This document shows positions 19,576-29,299 of a stretch of 64,000 bases of DNA, in pieces; positions within the stretch are counted from its first letter, which is position 1, and every line of letters begins with the position of its first letter. The position numbers were made by a program, and so were the translations under genes. Below the pieces are notes generated by a model that worked only from the letters and a program-made list of their open reading frames with translations, made no database searches and was not told where the DNA came from. Source of the stretch: Myxococcota bacterium (GTDB lineage Bacteria; Myxococcota_A; UBA9160; UBA4427); contig JAYZFK010000024.1 in NCBI GenBank assembly GCA_036336835.1, positions 1 to 64,000 on the forward strand. The letters are read 5' to 3'.

Positions 19576-20403
19576 CTATGAGGAGGCGCGCATCGCGAGC
19601 GCGGCGTCGAGCACTGCCAGATCCTGCTCGCTGCTCGTCACCAGCAGCGCCGGGGCCAACGAACCGAGGTCGTCCGGGAACGGCTCGCCGCCGGCACCCC
19701 GGACCAGCATGCCGGCCTCGCGCGCGATCAGCAGGCCGATTCGGCCGCGGATGCTGACACCCTCCTCGGCCGTTCCCCAGCGGAGCCCCGCTCGGACACC
19801 GTGGACCAGTGGCGCCACCGCGACCGCGCCCCCACAGGCGGCGACTGGATCCCAGCCGTGGTCGGTCAGTGCAGCGAACACGGGCTCGGGCATCCCGTGC
19901 GAGACCAGCACGCGATTGCCGGGCTGATGGACCCGGGCGGGTCGCGGCTGCGAGCGCGCCCGGGCGACGCGGGCGCCGCCCCCGCGCACGGCATCGAAGA
20001 ACAAACCCTCTCTCGGCAGGGCGACCAGCGCCGCCTCGTAGCGCCCCGCGCACTCGAGGCCAACCATCACGGCGTACGGGCCCTCGCCGCGCAGGTACGA
20101 GTGCAGCGTGCCGTCGATCGGGTCGCAGACGACCCGGACCGGCCCGGACTTCGCGAAGCGAGCTGCCGTCTCGGTGTCCTCCTCCGCCTCGAGCACGACG
20201 CTCGGAAAGTGCTCCAGCAGCGGAACCAGGATCGCCTCCTGGGTGGCCGTGTCCGCGACGGTGAGTGCCTGCTTGGCCGCGGTCGACTCGTCGGATTTGG
20301 GCGTGTTCTGGACGCGACCCTCGAGCGCGCGCGCGATCGACGCGGCCTGGCGCAGAGCCGGCGCGAGCGTCTCGACGAAGTGCGCGGGATCGACGGAGCT
20401 CAT
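19576..20403 (-). CDS. Inositol monophosphatase-family protein (divergent)
   Basis: LTVAD..QEAI, AEE, DPIDGT; lacks WD motif. Confidence 0.82.
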   Translation of the reverse strand: MSSVDPAHFVETLAPALRQAASIARALEGRVQNTPKSDESTAAKQALTVADTATQEAILVPLLEHFPSVVLEAEEDTETAARFAKSGPVRVVCDPIDGTLHSYLRGEGPYAVMVGLECAGRYEAALVALPREGLFFDAVRGGGARVARARSQPRPARVHQPGNRVLVSHGMPEPVFAALTDHGWDPVAACGGAVAVAPLVHGVRAGLRWGTAEEGVSIRGRIGLLIAREAGMLVRGAGGEPFPDDLGSLAPALLVTSSEQDLAVLDAALAMRASS

Positions 20404-20452
20404 GCGGCGACTCGCGGGCAGCTCCGGGGCGTCCGGAGCAACGAACGGTGCC

Positions 20453-21439
20453 TCAGTCGAAGCCGGGCATCCAGAGGTAGTGAAAGCCCGGGCGGGGCAG
20501 CGGACCCAACAGCCGCGTGAGATCGAGCTGGACAGCGGGCACACGCGGCGCGCGTGTGAACAGATTGTTCCGCCACTCGCTCGCTCGGTGATAGCTGACG
20601 ACCCGCGACGGGCCGGAGATGCCGGCCAACTCCTGGAGCCGCTCGATCGAGTCCTCGATGTCCCCGATCCCGTCGATCAGACCGTGCCCGAGCGCCTGCG
20701 ACGCACTGTAGACGCGACCATCGGCCAGCGCGGCCACCCGGTCGACCGCGAGCTTTGGGCGGCCCGCCACGACGACCTCGCGGAAGCGCGCGTGGAGATC
20801 GTCGACGATCGACTGCATGTGCTCGCGCTCGGCATCGTCCATCTTGCGAAGTGGCGAGCCCGCGTCCTTGAAGTCGCCCGAGGTGAGCGTCTGGTTCTCG
20901 ACGCCCAGCTTTTCCATTAGACCGACGACGTTCACGCCGAACGCGACCACACCGATCGAACCGGTCACGCTCGTCGGATAGGCGCGAATCTCGTCCGCGG
21001 CCATCGAGACGTAATAGCCGCCGGAGGCCGCGGTGCTCATGACGTGAGCGACGATCGGGACGCCGCGCTGCTGCTTGAAGGCCAGCAGCTGGCGGTAGAT
21101 CACCTCGCTGGCCGAGGCTCCTCCGCCCGGCGAGTCGACGCGCAGCAGGATGCCGCGAACCTCCTCGCGCGCAGCTTGCTGCAGCTGCTCGCGCACGCGA
21201 GCCACGGTGCCCTCGGTGCCGGGCCCGATCAGTCCCGGCTGTTCGTAGCCCGTGATCGGCCCCTGGATCTCGAGCAGCAGCAGCTTGGGGCCGCTCGAGC
21301 CGAAGACGACCGTTTCCTCGAGCGGCTGGCGCTCGCCGGCCAGCCCGCCGAGGTCGATGCAGCCGGCGGGTGCGAGGACGAGCGCAGCCGCCAGCAGCGC
21401 GGGAGCACGGGCAACCACGTACGCCCCCCAACGCACCAT
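20453..21439 (-). CDS. sppA: Signal peptide peptidase SppA (S49), lipoprotein
   Basis: LRVDSPGG, AASGGYYVS, TGSIGV, FKDAGSP, LADGRVY. Confidence 0.93.
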   Translation of the reverse strand: MVRWGAYVVARAPALLAAALVLAPAGCIDLGGLAGERQPLEETVVFGSSGPKLLLLEIQGPITGYEQPGLIGPGTEGTVARVREQLQQAAREEVRGILLRVDSPGGGASASEVIYRQLLAFKQQRGVPIVAHVMSTAASGGYYVSMAADEIRAYPTSVTGSIGVVAFGVNVVGLMEKLGVENQTLTSGDFKDAGSPLRKMDDAEREHMQSIVDDLHARFREVVVAGRPKLAVDRVAALADGRVYSASQALGHGLIDGIGDIEDSIERLQELAGISGPSRVVSYHRASEWRNNLFTRAPRVPAVQLDLTRLLGPLPRPGFHYLWMPGFD

Positions 21440-21513
21440 GATCCCCCGCGCTCCCTGAGCCCTCACCCCCAGCTCATCGCTGCTGATTCACGCGCCATGC
21501 ACGCACTCGGTGT

Positions 21514-24321
21514 TCAGCTGCATCCGCTCGTGGTGCCGCAGCAGAGGCACTTGTAGCAAGCTCCGTTGCGCACCATGATCTCGCCGCAGTCCACGCACGG
21601 AGGCGCGTCGGCCTGGTTCACGAACGCCGCGACGGGACCGTCGTCCACACCCGTCTCGCCGCGCCCACCAGCAACGACCGCCTTGGGCGCCGCTGCGCGT
21701 CCCTCCGCAATCACCAGCCCTGCCGTGCTCTCGCCCCCTTCGTCGGCGACCACGACCTCGCTCGCGATGTAGCGGTTGCCGAGGTAGCGGAACACGTAGT
21801 CCATCACCGACTTCGCGATCGGAATCTCGCGGTTGTTGGTGAAGCCCGACGGCTCGAAGCGCGTGTGGCTGAACTTGTCGACCAGCGCCCGCAACGGAAC
21901 CCCGTACTGCAGCGAGATCGAGGTCATGGTCGCGATCGTGTCCATCAGTCCGGACACCGTGCTGCCTTCCTTCGCCATCCGCAGGAAGATCTCGCCCGGC
22001 TGGCCGTCGCCGTACAGCCCCACGGTCAGGTAGCCCTCGTGGCCCGCGATCGAGAACTTGTGCGTCAGAGCCTGGCGTTCGTCCTCGAGCTTGCGGCGCA
22101 CGGGCCGAGCCTCGACGAGCTCGACGCCCTCCGCGACGTCCTTGCCGGCGTTGAGCGGCTGCGTGCGCTTGCTGCCGTCGCGGTAGAGTGCGAGCGCCTT
22201 GAGACCCCGTCGCCAGCCCTCCATGTACGCCTCGGCAACGGTGCCGACCGTGGCGTCCGCGGGCAGGTTCACCGTCTTGCTGATCGCGCCCGAGAGGAAT
22301 GGCTGGACGGCGCCCATCATCCGCACGTGACCCATCCAGTCGATGGAGCGCGTGCCGTTCTGGGCCCGGAAGGCGCAGTCGAAGACCGGCAGATCCTCGT
22401 GCGCGAGGCCGGGGGCGCCCTCGATGCTTTCGTGCTCGTCGATGTAGGCGACGATCTGCTCGATCTGCTCCGGTGTGTAGCCGAGATTGGCGAGAGCCAT
22501 CGGCACCGTGTTGTTCACGATCTTCAGGAAGCCGCCGCCGACTAGCTTCTTGTACTTCACGAGCGCGATGTCGGGCTCCACACCCGTCGTATCACAGTCC
22601 ATCATGAAGGCGATCGTGCCCGTCGGTGCCAGTACCGTGACCTGCGCGTTCTTGTAACCGTGCTGCGTGCCGAGCTCGAGCGCCTCGGTCCATGCATCGC
22701 GCGATGCCTGCCACAGGCCCTTCGGCAGGCCCTTGGGCGACAGCTGCTCGGCCGCCGCCTTGTGCATGCCGATCACCTCGAGGAAGGGCTTCCGGTTCAT
22801 CCGGTAGCGCGGGAACGGCCCGGTCGCCTCGGCGATCTCGGCGCTGGTCCGATAGGCCCAACCACACATCAGCGAGGTGATCGATGCCGCCACGTTGCAA
22901 CCGACCTCGCTGTCGTACGGTACGCCGAACGCCATCAGCAGCGCACCGAGGTTCGCGTATCCGAGGCCCAGCGGGCGGAACAGATGGCTGTTGCGATCGA
23001 TCGTCGCCGTCGGGTAGTCGGCCGGATCGACCACGATCTCCTGCGCCAGGATCGTGAGCGCCACCGCGCGCCGGAAGTCCTCGACCTGGAAGCCACGCTC
23101 CTCAGAGACGAACGTCATCAGGTTGAGGCTGGCCAGGTTGCAGGCCGTGTCGTCGAGGAACATGTACTCCGAGCACGGATTGCTCGAGTTGATGCGCCCC
23201 GAGGTCTTGACCGGATTCCAACGATTGATGGTGGTGTCGTACTGGATGCCCGGGTCGCCGCACAGGTGCGCTGCCTCAGCCATCTCCTTCATCAGATCGC
23301 GCGCCTTGAAGCTGTCGCACACCTCGCCGCTGGTGACGGCCCTGGTGTTCCAGCCGCTGTCCGCCTCGACCGCGTGCATGAACGCATCGGTCACTCGCAC
23401 CGAGTGGTTCGCATTCTGGAAGAAGACCGAGTCGTAGGCGCCGCCCGGGACATTGAAGCCCCCGGCGTAGCCGGCATCGATCAGCGACCAGGCCTTCTGC
23501 TCCTCGTTGGCCTTGCTGCTGACGAACTCGCGCACGTCCGGGTGATCGACGTCCAGGATCACCATCTTCGCCGCGCGGCGCGTCTTGCCGCCGCTCTTGA
23601 TCACGCCGGCGAACGCATCGAAGCCCTTCATGAACGACACCGGGCCGGAGGCCTCGCCTCCGCCGTGCAGCTTCTCGCGAGACGAGCGAATCCTGGAAAG
23701 GTTCGTTCCCGCGCCCGAGCCGCCCTTGAACAGCAGCGCCTCGGTCTTCGCGAGATCCATGATCGACTCCATGGTGTCGTCCACGGAGTTGATGAAGCAG
23801 GCGCTCGCCTGCTGTGGCGTGTCGGCGACACCGAGGTTGAACCAGACCGGGCTGTTGAACGCCATCTGCTGGTGGACCACCAGGTAGGTCAGCTCGTCGG
23901 CGTAGGTCTGTGCGTCGGCGGGCGTGCGGAAGTAGCCGCCCTGCTCGCCCCACTCGCGGATGCGCCCAACGACGCGGCCGATCAGCTGCTTGACACTGGT
24001 CTCGCGCTCGGACGTCCCCGCGTGACCGCGGAAGTACTTCGAGACGACGACGTTCGTTGCGAGCTGCGACCAGGAGGCGGGCACCTCCACGTCGGTCTGC
24101 TCGAACACGACCTCGCCGAGCTCGTTGGTAATCCTGGCGGAGCGCTGTGCCCATTCGACGGAATCGAACGGATCCTCGCCGCGCTTCGTGAAGTGTCGCG
24201 GGATCTTCAGGCCCGGAGGCTTGCGCTTGCCGGCACCCCGGGGCTTGCCCGGCGTCACCGCTTCGAGGTGTCGCTTGCCACCCCGATCCTTCGCACCTGT
24301 CGTCCGCTTCCGATTGCTCAT
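21514..24321 (-). CDS. nrdJ: Class II (B12-dependent) ribonucleotide reductase with C-terminal TSCPD and Cys-rich domain
   Basis: FNSPVWFN, SACFI, SNPCSEY..CNLAS, APTGTIA, GAISKTVN, YRDGSK; alternative start 24354. Confidence 0.96.
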   Translation of the reverse strand: MSNRKRTTGAKDRGGKRHLEAVTPGKPRGAGKRKPPGLKIPRHFTKRGEDPFDSVEWAQRSARITNELGEVVFEQTDVEVPASWSQLATNVVVSKYFRGHAGTSERETSVKQLIGRVVGRIREWGEQGGYFRTPADAQTYADELTYLVVHQQMAFNSPVWFNLGVADTPQQASACFINSVDDTMESIMDLAKTEALLFKGGSGAGTNLSRIRSSREKLHGGGEASGPVSFMKGFDAFAGVIKSGGKTRRAAKMVILDVDHPDVREFVSSKANEEQKAWSLIDAGYAGGFNVPGGAYDSVFFQNANHSVRVTDAFMHAVEADSGWNTRAVTSGEVCDSFKARDLMKEMAEAAHLCGDPGIQYDTTINRWNPVKTSGRINSSNPCSEYMFLDDTACNLASLNLMTFVSEERGFQVEDFRRAVALTILAQEIVVDPADYPTATIDRNSHLFRPLGLGYANLGALLMAFGVPYDSEVGCNVAASITSLMCGWAYRTSAEIAEATGPFPRYRMNRKPFLEVIGMHKAAAEQLSPKGLPKGLWQASRDAWTEALELGTQHGYKNAQVTVLAPTGTIAFMMDCDTTGVEPDIALVKYKKLVGGGFLKIVNNTVPMALANLGYTPEQIEQIVAYIDEHESIEGAPGLAHEDLPVFDCAFRAQNGTRSIDWMGHVRMMGAVQPFLSGAISKTVNLPADATVGTVAEAYMEGWRRGLKALALYRDGSKRTQPLNAGKDVAEGVELVEARPVRRKLEDERQALTHKFSIAGHEGYLTVGLYGDGQPGEIFLRMAKEGSTVSGLMDTIATMTSISLQYGVPLRALVDKFSHTRFEPSGFTNNREIPIAKSVMDYVFRYLGNRYIASEVVVADEGGESTAGLVIAEGRAAAPKAVVAGGRGETGVDDGPVAAFVNQADAPPCVDCGEIMVRNGACYKCLCCGTTSGCS

Positions 24322-24856
24322 TCCGCCCCCCGCATGGCTCTGATTGTCATCCATCTCGGCTTCGCACGTCCCGCACGTGTTTGGCCCTCTGCGGTCGGAT
24401 GCCGCGCCAATCCCCCTGCTCGGTCCGGGAAACCCGGGCCAGTGCCCTGTACCGCCCGTCGGGCGTCGCAGCGCTGGGTGGCAGCGGAGTCACGCGGACC
24501 GGCAGTGAGCCTGACGATGGGCGACCGCGGACAGGCGTACGAGCCGGGTCCTGCGCCCCGGAGCCGCTCGTCAGCCCTGTGTCGATTCGCTGGTCGATTG
24601 CGCGGTGATGTCTGCTTGCGCGCCCATGCCCACTGCCACTGCCACTGCTGTCCAACTATTTCTCCGGGTCCGCCACCGGCTCCGGTTCTCGGACTTCATC
24701 CAACCTCGAAGACGAGAGAGGCGCCGAGCTTCCCCGGCGCCCCCGAGCAAGAGTTGGGTCCTCCGTCCCTTCTCAGGCTCGCGTCCCTCCCCGCAACCGC
24801 CTTAGTTGCGAACCCCCCCAGGCCACGGGAGGAACATCACATCCCCGTAGCGCATC

Positions 24857-24886
24857 TTGATACCGCTGACGCCCCGATGACGTCAA
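24857..24886 (-). promoter_or_regulatory. Putative sigma70 promoter for nrdJ
   Basis: Minus strand TTGACG-18 nt-TATCAA. Confidence 0.55.
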
Positions 24887-24904
24887 GCGAAAATTCACCT
24901 TCAA

Positions 24905-24952
24905 CCACAAAATATCGTGGTGATTGGAGGCGACTACTACAAGACCTGGAGT
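24905..24952. promoter_or_regulatory. Tandem NrdR-box-like operators
   Basis: CCACAAAATATCGTGG (24905-24920) and weaker CTACAAGACCTGGAGT (24937-24952), 32 bp apart, resembling acaCwAtATaTwGtg, upstream of an RNR. Confidence 0.7.
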
Positions 24953-25061
24953 TCCAAGGAGTTCCAGAGACCCCTCGAACAGCGTTCTTTTGGGTGGTTT
25001 TCACCCAAGCGGTGTCCAGGCGGCAAGTGCGTCATACAACTTGTTGAAATCAAAAGGAATT

Positions 25062-25748
25062 CTAGGGTTCGGACTTGGGCAGGCCGGTAAAGCGGATGCC
25101 GAGGCCTTCGGGCAGCTTGTAGCGGATGTTCAGACCGATCAGCAGGGCCGTGACCTGCTCCACGATCCGCGCGTTGCCGAGCGGCCCACCGTCTACCGCT
25201 CGCAGCCCCGGCACCAGCGGACACAGCGCCATCACGCTCTGGCGCGCCGCGCGGGCGCCGGACACCACCACGTCGCACTCGACCGGGTGGGCCAGATCCT
25301 GCAGCCGGTGGGCCGACACGTTCTGGAACGCCGACACGACCTCCACGCCCTGCGGCACCTGGGTCTGCACCAGCTCGGCGCAGGAGCCCTGCCAGACATC
25401 GATCGTACGCACCGCACTGTCGCCAATGGCCGTCGCCAGGGGCACGCCCATCGACACCACGATCTGCCCGGCCTGCAGCCGATCCTTGATCCCCTTGACG
25501 GTGCCCACCATGTGCTCGAAGGGCACCGACAAGATCACGATCGGCGACTGCTGACACGCGAACTCGTTGGCGAACCCGGCCACCTCGGCACCCGGCACCT
25601 TCTCGCGCACCTCGTCGGCCGCCCGGACGGCGCGATCTTCCTTGCGCGAGCCGATCACGACGGCACGCCCCGCCTGCGCGAAGCGAAACGCCAGACCGAG
25701 CCCCTGGTCGCCTGTTCCACCGAGGATCGCGATCGAATCTGTCTGCAT
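25062..25748 (-). CDS. npdG: NADPH-dependent F420 reductase
   Basis: IAILGGTGDQGLGLA, IGSR, VVSAFQNVSA, CDVVV, DGGPL..ARIVE, GIRFTG. Confidence 0.92.
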   Translation of the reverse strand: MQTDSIAILGGTGDQGLGLAFRFAQAGRAVVIGSRKEDRAVRAADEVREKVPGAEVAGFANEFACQQSPIVILSVPFEHMVGTVKGIKDRLQAGQIVVSMGVPLATAIGDSAVRTIDVWQGSCAELVQTQVPQGVEVVSAFQNVSAHRLQDLAHPVECDVVVSGARAARQSVMALCPLVPGLRAVDGGPLGNARIVEQVTALLIGLNIRYKLPEGLGIRFTGLPKSEP

Positions 25749-25841
25749 GACTTCGCACTCTAGCCGGCCCCGTCGCGACGACAAACGCGCGGGCGGGCGG
25801 CTCTCCGACGACAGGAGCGCAGGATCGGTATGTTGCCGGTC

Positions 25842-26171
25842 ATGTCCGAATCCGGAGCCGAGGCCCGCACGACACCCCGCGCGATCCAGCAGGAAGGGCC
25901 GTCCGTGCTCGGCATCACCTGGGGCGACGGCGTCCAGAGCCGGCTCGACGTGCGCGAGCTCCGGCTCGCGTGCGGCTGTGCCGTCTGCGTCGACGAGTGG
26001 ACGGGCGAGCAGCGGCTCGATCCGGCGAGCGTGCCGGACGACGTCCAGCCGACCCGGATCGAGCCCGTCGGGCGCTACGCGATCCAGATCACCTGGAGCG
26101 ACGGACACGCTTCGGGCATCTACCCCTACGCGCGACTGCGCCAGCTCGCCGACGGGATACCGGGGTTGTAG
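25842..26171 (+). CDS. DUF971/GBBH-like N-terminal domain protein
   Basis: LRLACGCAVCVDEWTG..VGRYAIQITWSDGHASGIY. Confidence 0.9.
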   Translation: MSESGAEARTTPRAIQQEGPSVLGITWGDGVQSRLDVRELRLACGCAVCVDEWTGEQRLDPASVPDDVQPTRIEPVGRYAIQITWSDGHASGIYPYARLRQLADGIPGL

Positions 26172-26221
26172 CCGCTCGGCGGGAGTCGAGCCCGCCAGCC
26201 TCCTCTCCTATGCTGCTTGCC

Positions 26222-26989
26222 GTGTCTCCCGTCGACCTCGAGCAAGCCGCCCGGGCAGCAGCCCACGCCGCCGACCTGGCGCGCAAGGAGACGCTGGCCC
26301 GCTTCCGTCGTGTCGCGGTCGAGATCAAGGACGACGGCTCGCCGGTCACCGAGGCGGATCGCGCCGCCGAGCGCACCATCCGCGCCTCGCTCGAGCAAGC
26401 GTTCCCCGGCTTCGCGATCCTCGGGGAGGAGTTCGGCGGCGAGCGCGACGACGAGGGGCCGATGTGGCTGATCGATCCGATCGACGGGACGATCGCCTAC
26501 TCGCGCGGCATTCCCCTGTTCTCGACGCTGATCGCGCTCCGGATCGACGGCGAGCCGCGGGTCGGGTTGATCGATCTGCCGGCGCTCGACGAGCGCTATC
26601 TCGCCTGGCAGGGTGGCGGCTGCACGCGCAATGGCCAGCCCGTCCGGGTCTCGACGCGCTCGGACCTCGCGACCGCCATCGTCTCGCACGGCGATCCCTT
26701 CTGCTTCGAACGCGCGGGGATCCCCGATGCCTTCGAGCGCCTGGCGGCGCGGATTCCGATGCTGCGCGGCTACACCGATGCGTTCGGCCACGCGATGGTG
26801 CTGGGCGGCGGTGTCGACGCGATGATCGACTGCGACCTCAACCCGTGGGATGCGGCAGCCACACAGCTGCTCGTCCCGGAGGCCGGCGGCGTCTGCCATA
26901 GCACGCTGCAATCCAATGGTCGGACGCGCCTGGTGTTCGGCAGCCCGCCGCTCGTCGACCAGCTGCTGGCGCTGATCGACGAGGCCTGA
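26222..26989 (+). CDS. Inositol monophosphatase family, histidinol-phosphatase HisN-like
   Basis: KDDGSPVTEADR, LGEEFG, WLIDPIDGT, PWDAAA. Confidence 0.88.
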   Translation: MSPVDLEQAARAAAHAADLARKETLARFRRVAVEIKDDGSPVTEADRAAERTIRASLEQAFPGFAILGEEFGGERDDEGPMWLIDPIDGTIAYSRGIPLFSTLIALRIDGEPRVGLIDLPALDERYLAWQGGGCTRNGQPVRVSTRSDLATAIVSHGDPFCFERAGIPDAFERLAARIPMLRGYTDAFGHAMVLGGGVDAMIDCDLNPWDAAATQLLVPEAGGVCHSTLQSNGRTRLVFGSPPLVDQLLALIDEA

Positions 26990-27044
26990 GCACCGGCGCT
27001 ATCGTTCGCGCCCGCCACGAACGAACGCCGAGGACCTGAGACCC

Positions 27045-28694
27045 ATGAGCTCATCGCGCCCGACCCTCGACGACGCCCGGTGCCTGCTCGACGCTGCCCA
27101 GAGCCTGGTCGACTCCGCGATCGCTCGCGCCAAGGAGATCACACAGGGCGGTCGCACGATCGACGACCACCAGGTGCTGACCGAACGCGTCGCCTACGCC
27201 GCCACCGAAGCCCGTGCCATGCACGAGCTGGTCGCCACGATCGAGGCGGCTCGCAGCCAGGGCGAGGGCAGCAAGGCGTTCGAACTGACCGCGATCGTCG
27301 GAGTGGGTGAGCTCGCGAGCTCGCTGCGCGAGCGGCTCTCGCTCGCCGCCGACGACCTCGGCATCGGAGATGCGGCCATCGAGGCAGCATTTCCCGCCGA
27401 GCGGCGCGCGACGCTGCGCGGCAGCGTGGCGGAGGAGGCGTTGCGCGAGATCGGCCGCGCCGTCTGCGACACCGCCGGGCGGGGCGACTGGCCACTCGAC
27501 GCGCTGCACGAGCAGGTGCGCGATCAGGTGCGCGAGTTCGCGCTGGCCGAGATCGCCCCCCACGCCGAGCACATCCACCGCAACGATGCCGACATCCCCG
27601 ACGGGTTCATCGAGAAGATGGCCGAGCTCGGCTTCTTCGGGCTGTCGATCCCCGAGCAGTACGGCGGCGTCGAGATGGGCAACCTGGCGATGATCCTGAC
27701 CACCGAGGAGCTCTCGCGCGCCTCGCTGGCCGCCGCCGGCTCGCTGATCACGCGTCCCGAGATCCTGACCAAGGCGCTGGTCGCCGGCGGCAGCGAGGCG
27801 CAGAAGCAGGCCTGGCTGCCACGTCTCGCCTCGGGCGAGGTGATGGTGGGAATCGCGGTCACCGAGCCGGACATTGGCAGCGACGTCGCCTCGGTCCGCT
27901 GCCGCGCCGAGCGCGCGACGGTCGACGGCGTCGAGGGCTTTGCGATCGACGGTCCCAAGGCGTGGTGCACCTTCGCCGGGCGCGCCGACGTCCTGGCGCT
28001 GCTCGCTCGCACCGATCCCGAGACCCCGGGCGCAAAGGGCCTGTCACTCTTCATGGTGCCCAAGCCCTCGTTCGCCGGGCACGAGTTCGAAACGACGCAA
28101 CCCGGCGGCGGGCGCATCGTCGGCAAGGCCGACGCGACGCCGGGCTATCGCGGGATGCACTCGTTCACGCTCAACTTCGAGCACTACTTCGTGCCGGCGG
28201 ATCACCTGGTGGGCGAAGCCGAGGGCGTCGGTCGGGGCTTCTACCTGCAGATGGGCGGCTTCGCCGCCGGTCGCCTGCAGACCGGCGGCCGCGCCTGCGG
28301 CCTGTCGCAGGCCGCGCTCGAAGAGACGGCCAAGTACGTCGTCGACCGGACGCAGTTCGACCAGCCGCTCTCCGACTTCCAGCTCACGCAGTTCACGCTG
28401 GGCCGCATGGCCGCCCGGCTCGCCGGCGCGCGCGCCCTGACCTACGCCGCCGCCGGCGCGATGGACGAGGACGAGCGCAAGGCGGCCCCGCTTGCCGCCC
28501 AGGCGAAGCTGCTCGCCTGCGACGTAGCCGTCGAGACCACCCAGCAGGGCCAGCTGATGCACGGCGGCTGGGGCTACGCCGAGGAGTATCCGATCAGCCG
28601 CTACGTCGTGGACGCGACCGTGCTGCCGATCTTCGAGGGCGTGAAGCCGATCCTCGAGCTCAAGGTGATCGGCCGCGCGCTGCTCGCGACCTGA
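27045..28694 (+). CDS. Acyl-CoA dehydrogenase with N-terminal extension (methylsuccinyl-CoA dehydrogenase-like)
   Basis: VTEPDIGSD, GYRGM, HGGWGYAEEY, IFEG; about 150 extra N-terminal residues. Confidence 0.9.
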   Translation: MSSSRPTLDDARCLLDAAQSLVDSAIARAKEITQGGRTIDDHQVLTERVAYAATEARAMHELVATIEAARSQGEGSKAFELTAIVGVGELASSLRERLSLAADDLGIGDAAIEAAFPAERRATLRGSVAEEALREIGRAVCDTAGRGDWPLDALHEQVRDQVREFALAEIAPHAEHIHRNDADIPDGFIEKMAELGFFGLSIPEQYGGVEMGNLAMILTTEELSRASLAAAGSLITRPEILTKALVAGGSEAQKQAWLPRLASGEVMVGIAVTEPDIGSDVASVRCRAERATVDGVEGFAIDGPKAWCTFAGRADVLALLARTDPETPGAKGLSLFMVPKPSFAGHEFETTQPGGGRIVGKADATPGYRGMHSFTLNFEHYFVPADHLVGEAEGVGRGFYLQMGGFAAGRLQTGGRACGLSQAALEETAKYVVDRTQFDQPLSDFQLTQFTLGRMAARLAGARALTYAAAGAMDEDERKAAPLAAQAKLLACDVAVETTQQGQLMHGGWGYAEEYPISRYVVDATVLPIFEGVKPILELKVIGRALLAT

Positions 28695-28742
28695 CTCGCC
28701 ATCCATCTCGCGCGCCGGCGACCGGAGCCGATTCCGCGCGCT

Positions 28743-29285
28743 CTACTCCTCGGCTGCGCGACTCGCCGCTGCACTGGAGACCTGCAGCTCGCTCACCACC
28801 CGGATCACGCCGGGCGCCGACTGCGCCACCTCGACGGCGCGGTCGCGCAGCCCGGTGCTGCCAACGTGTCCGCGCAGCGTGACCACGCGCGAGGCCACAT
28901 GGGCGGTCACCGTGGCGTCGGAGAGCGCCGAATCCTCCAGCAGCCGACGCTGGACGGCGCGGAACAACACGTCGTCGCTGGCTCGCTCGGCGAGCAGTGC
29001 CTCGGCTTCGGTCACGTTGCGCTGTGCTTCGCGCCGTACGCGCTCGGCGTCCGTCAGCTGTTCCTCGAGCTCGCGCATCTTCGAGCGGAGCTTGCCCACG
29101 TCGGCGTCGGCGGCCTCGAGCATCTCGCGGGCAGCCTCGAACTCAGAGTTCGCCTCCTCGAGCGCCGCCTCGGGATCGGGCTCGCCACAAGCCGCCAGGC
29201 AGAGCGCGAGCCCGATCAGAGCGGATCGCGCCGACAGGGCCCGCAGGACGGGCAGAAAGCTGGGAAGCGTGCGGGTGGCCTGCAT
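28743..29285 (-). CDS. BON-domain lipoprotein with coiled coil
   Basis: LAAC lipobox; DDVLFRAV..VVTLRGHV..GVIRVVSEL. Confidence 0.85.
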   Translation of the reverse strand: MQATRTLPSFLPVLRALSARSALIGLALCLAACGEPDPEAALEEANSEFEAAREMLEAADADVGKLRSKMRELEEQLTDAERVRREAQRNVTEAEALLAERASDDVLFRAVQRRLLEDSALSDATVTAHVASRVVTLRGHVGSTGLRDRAVEVAQSAPGVIRVVSELQVSSAAASRAAEE

Positions 29286-29299
29286 GCTTCGACGGCCCG

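Noticed and set aside
21514..24321. Intein or intron in nrdJ
   Set aside because: ORF is continuous, of normal length, and shows no splicing or homing endonuclease motifs
24355..24850. Cobalamin riboswitch upstream of B12-dependent nrdJ
   Set aside because: GCCACTG occurs only on the wrong strand as part of a tandem repeat, and no B12-box was found
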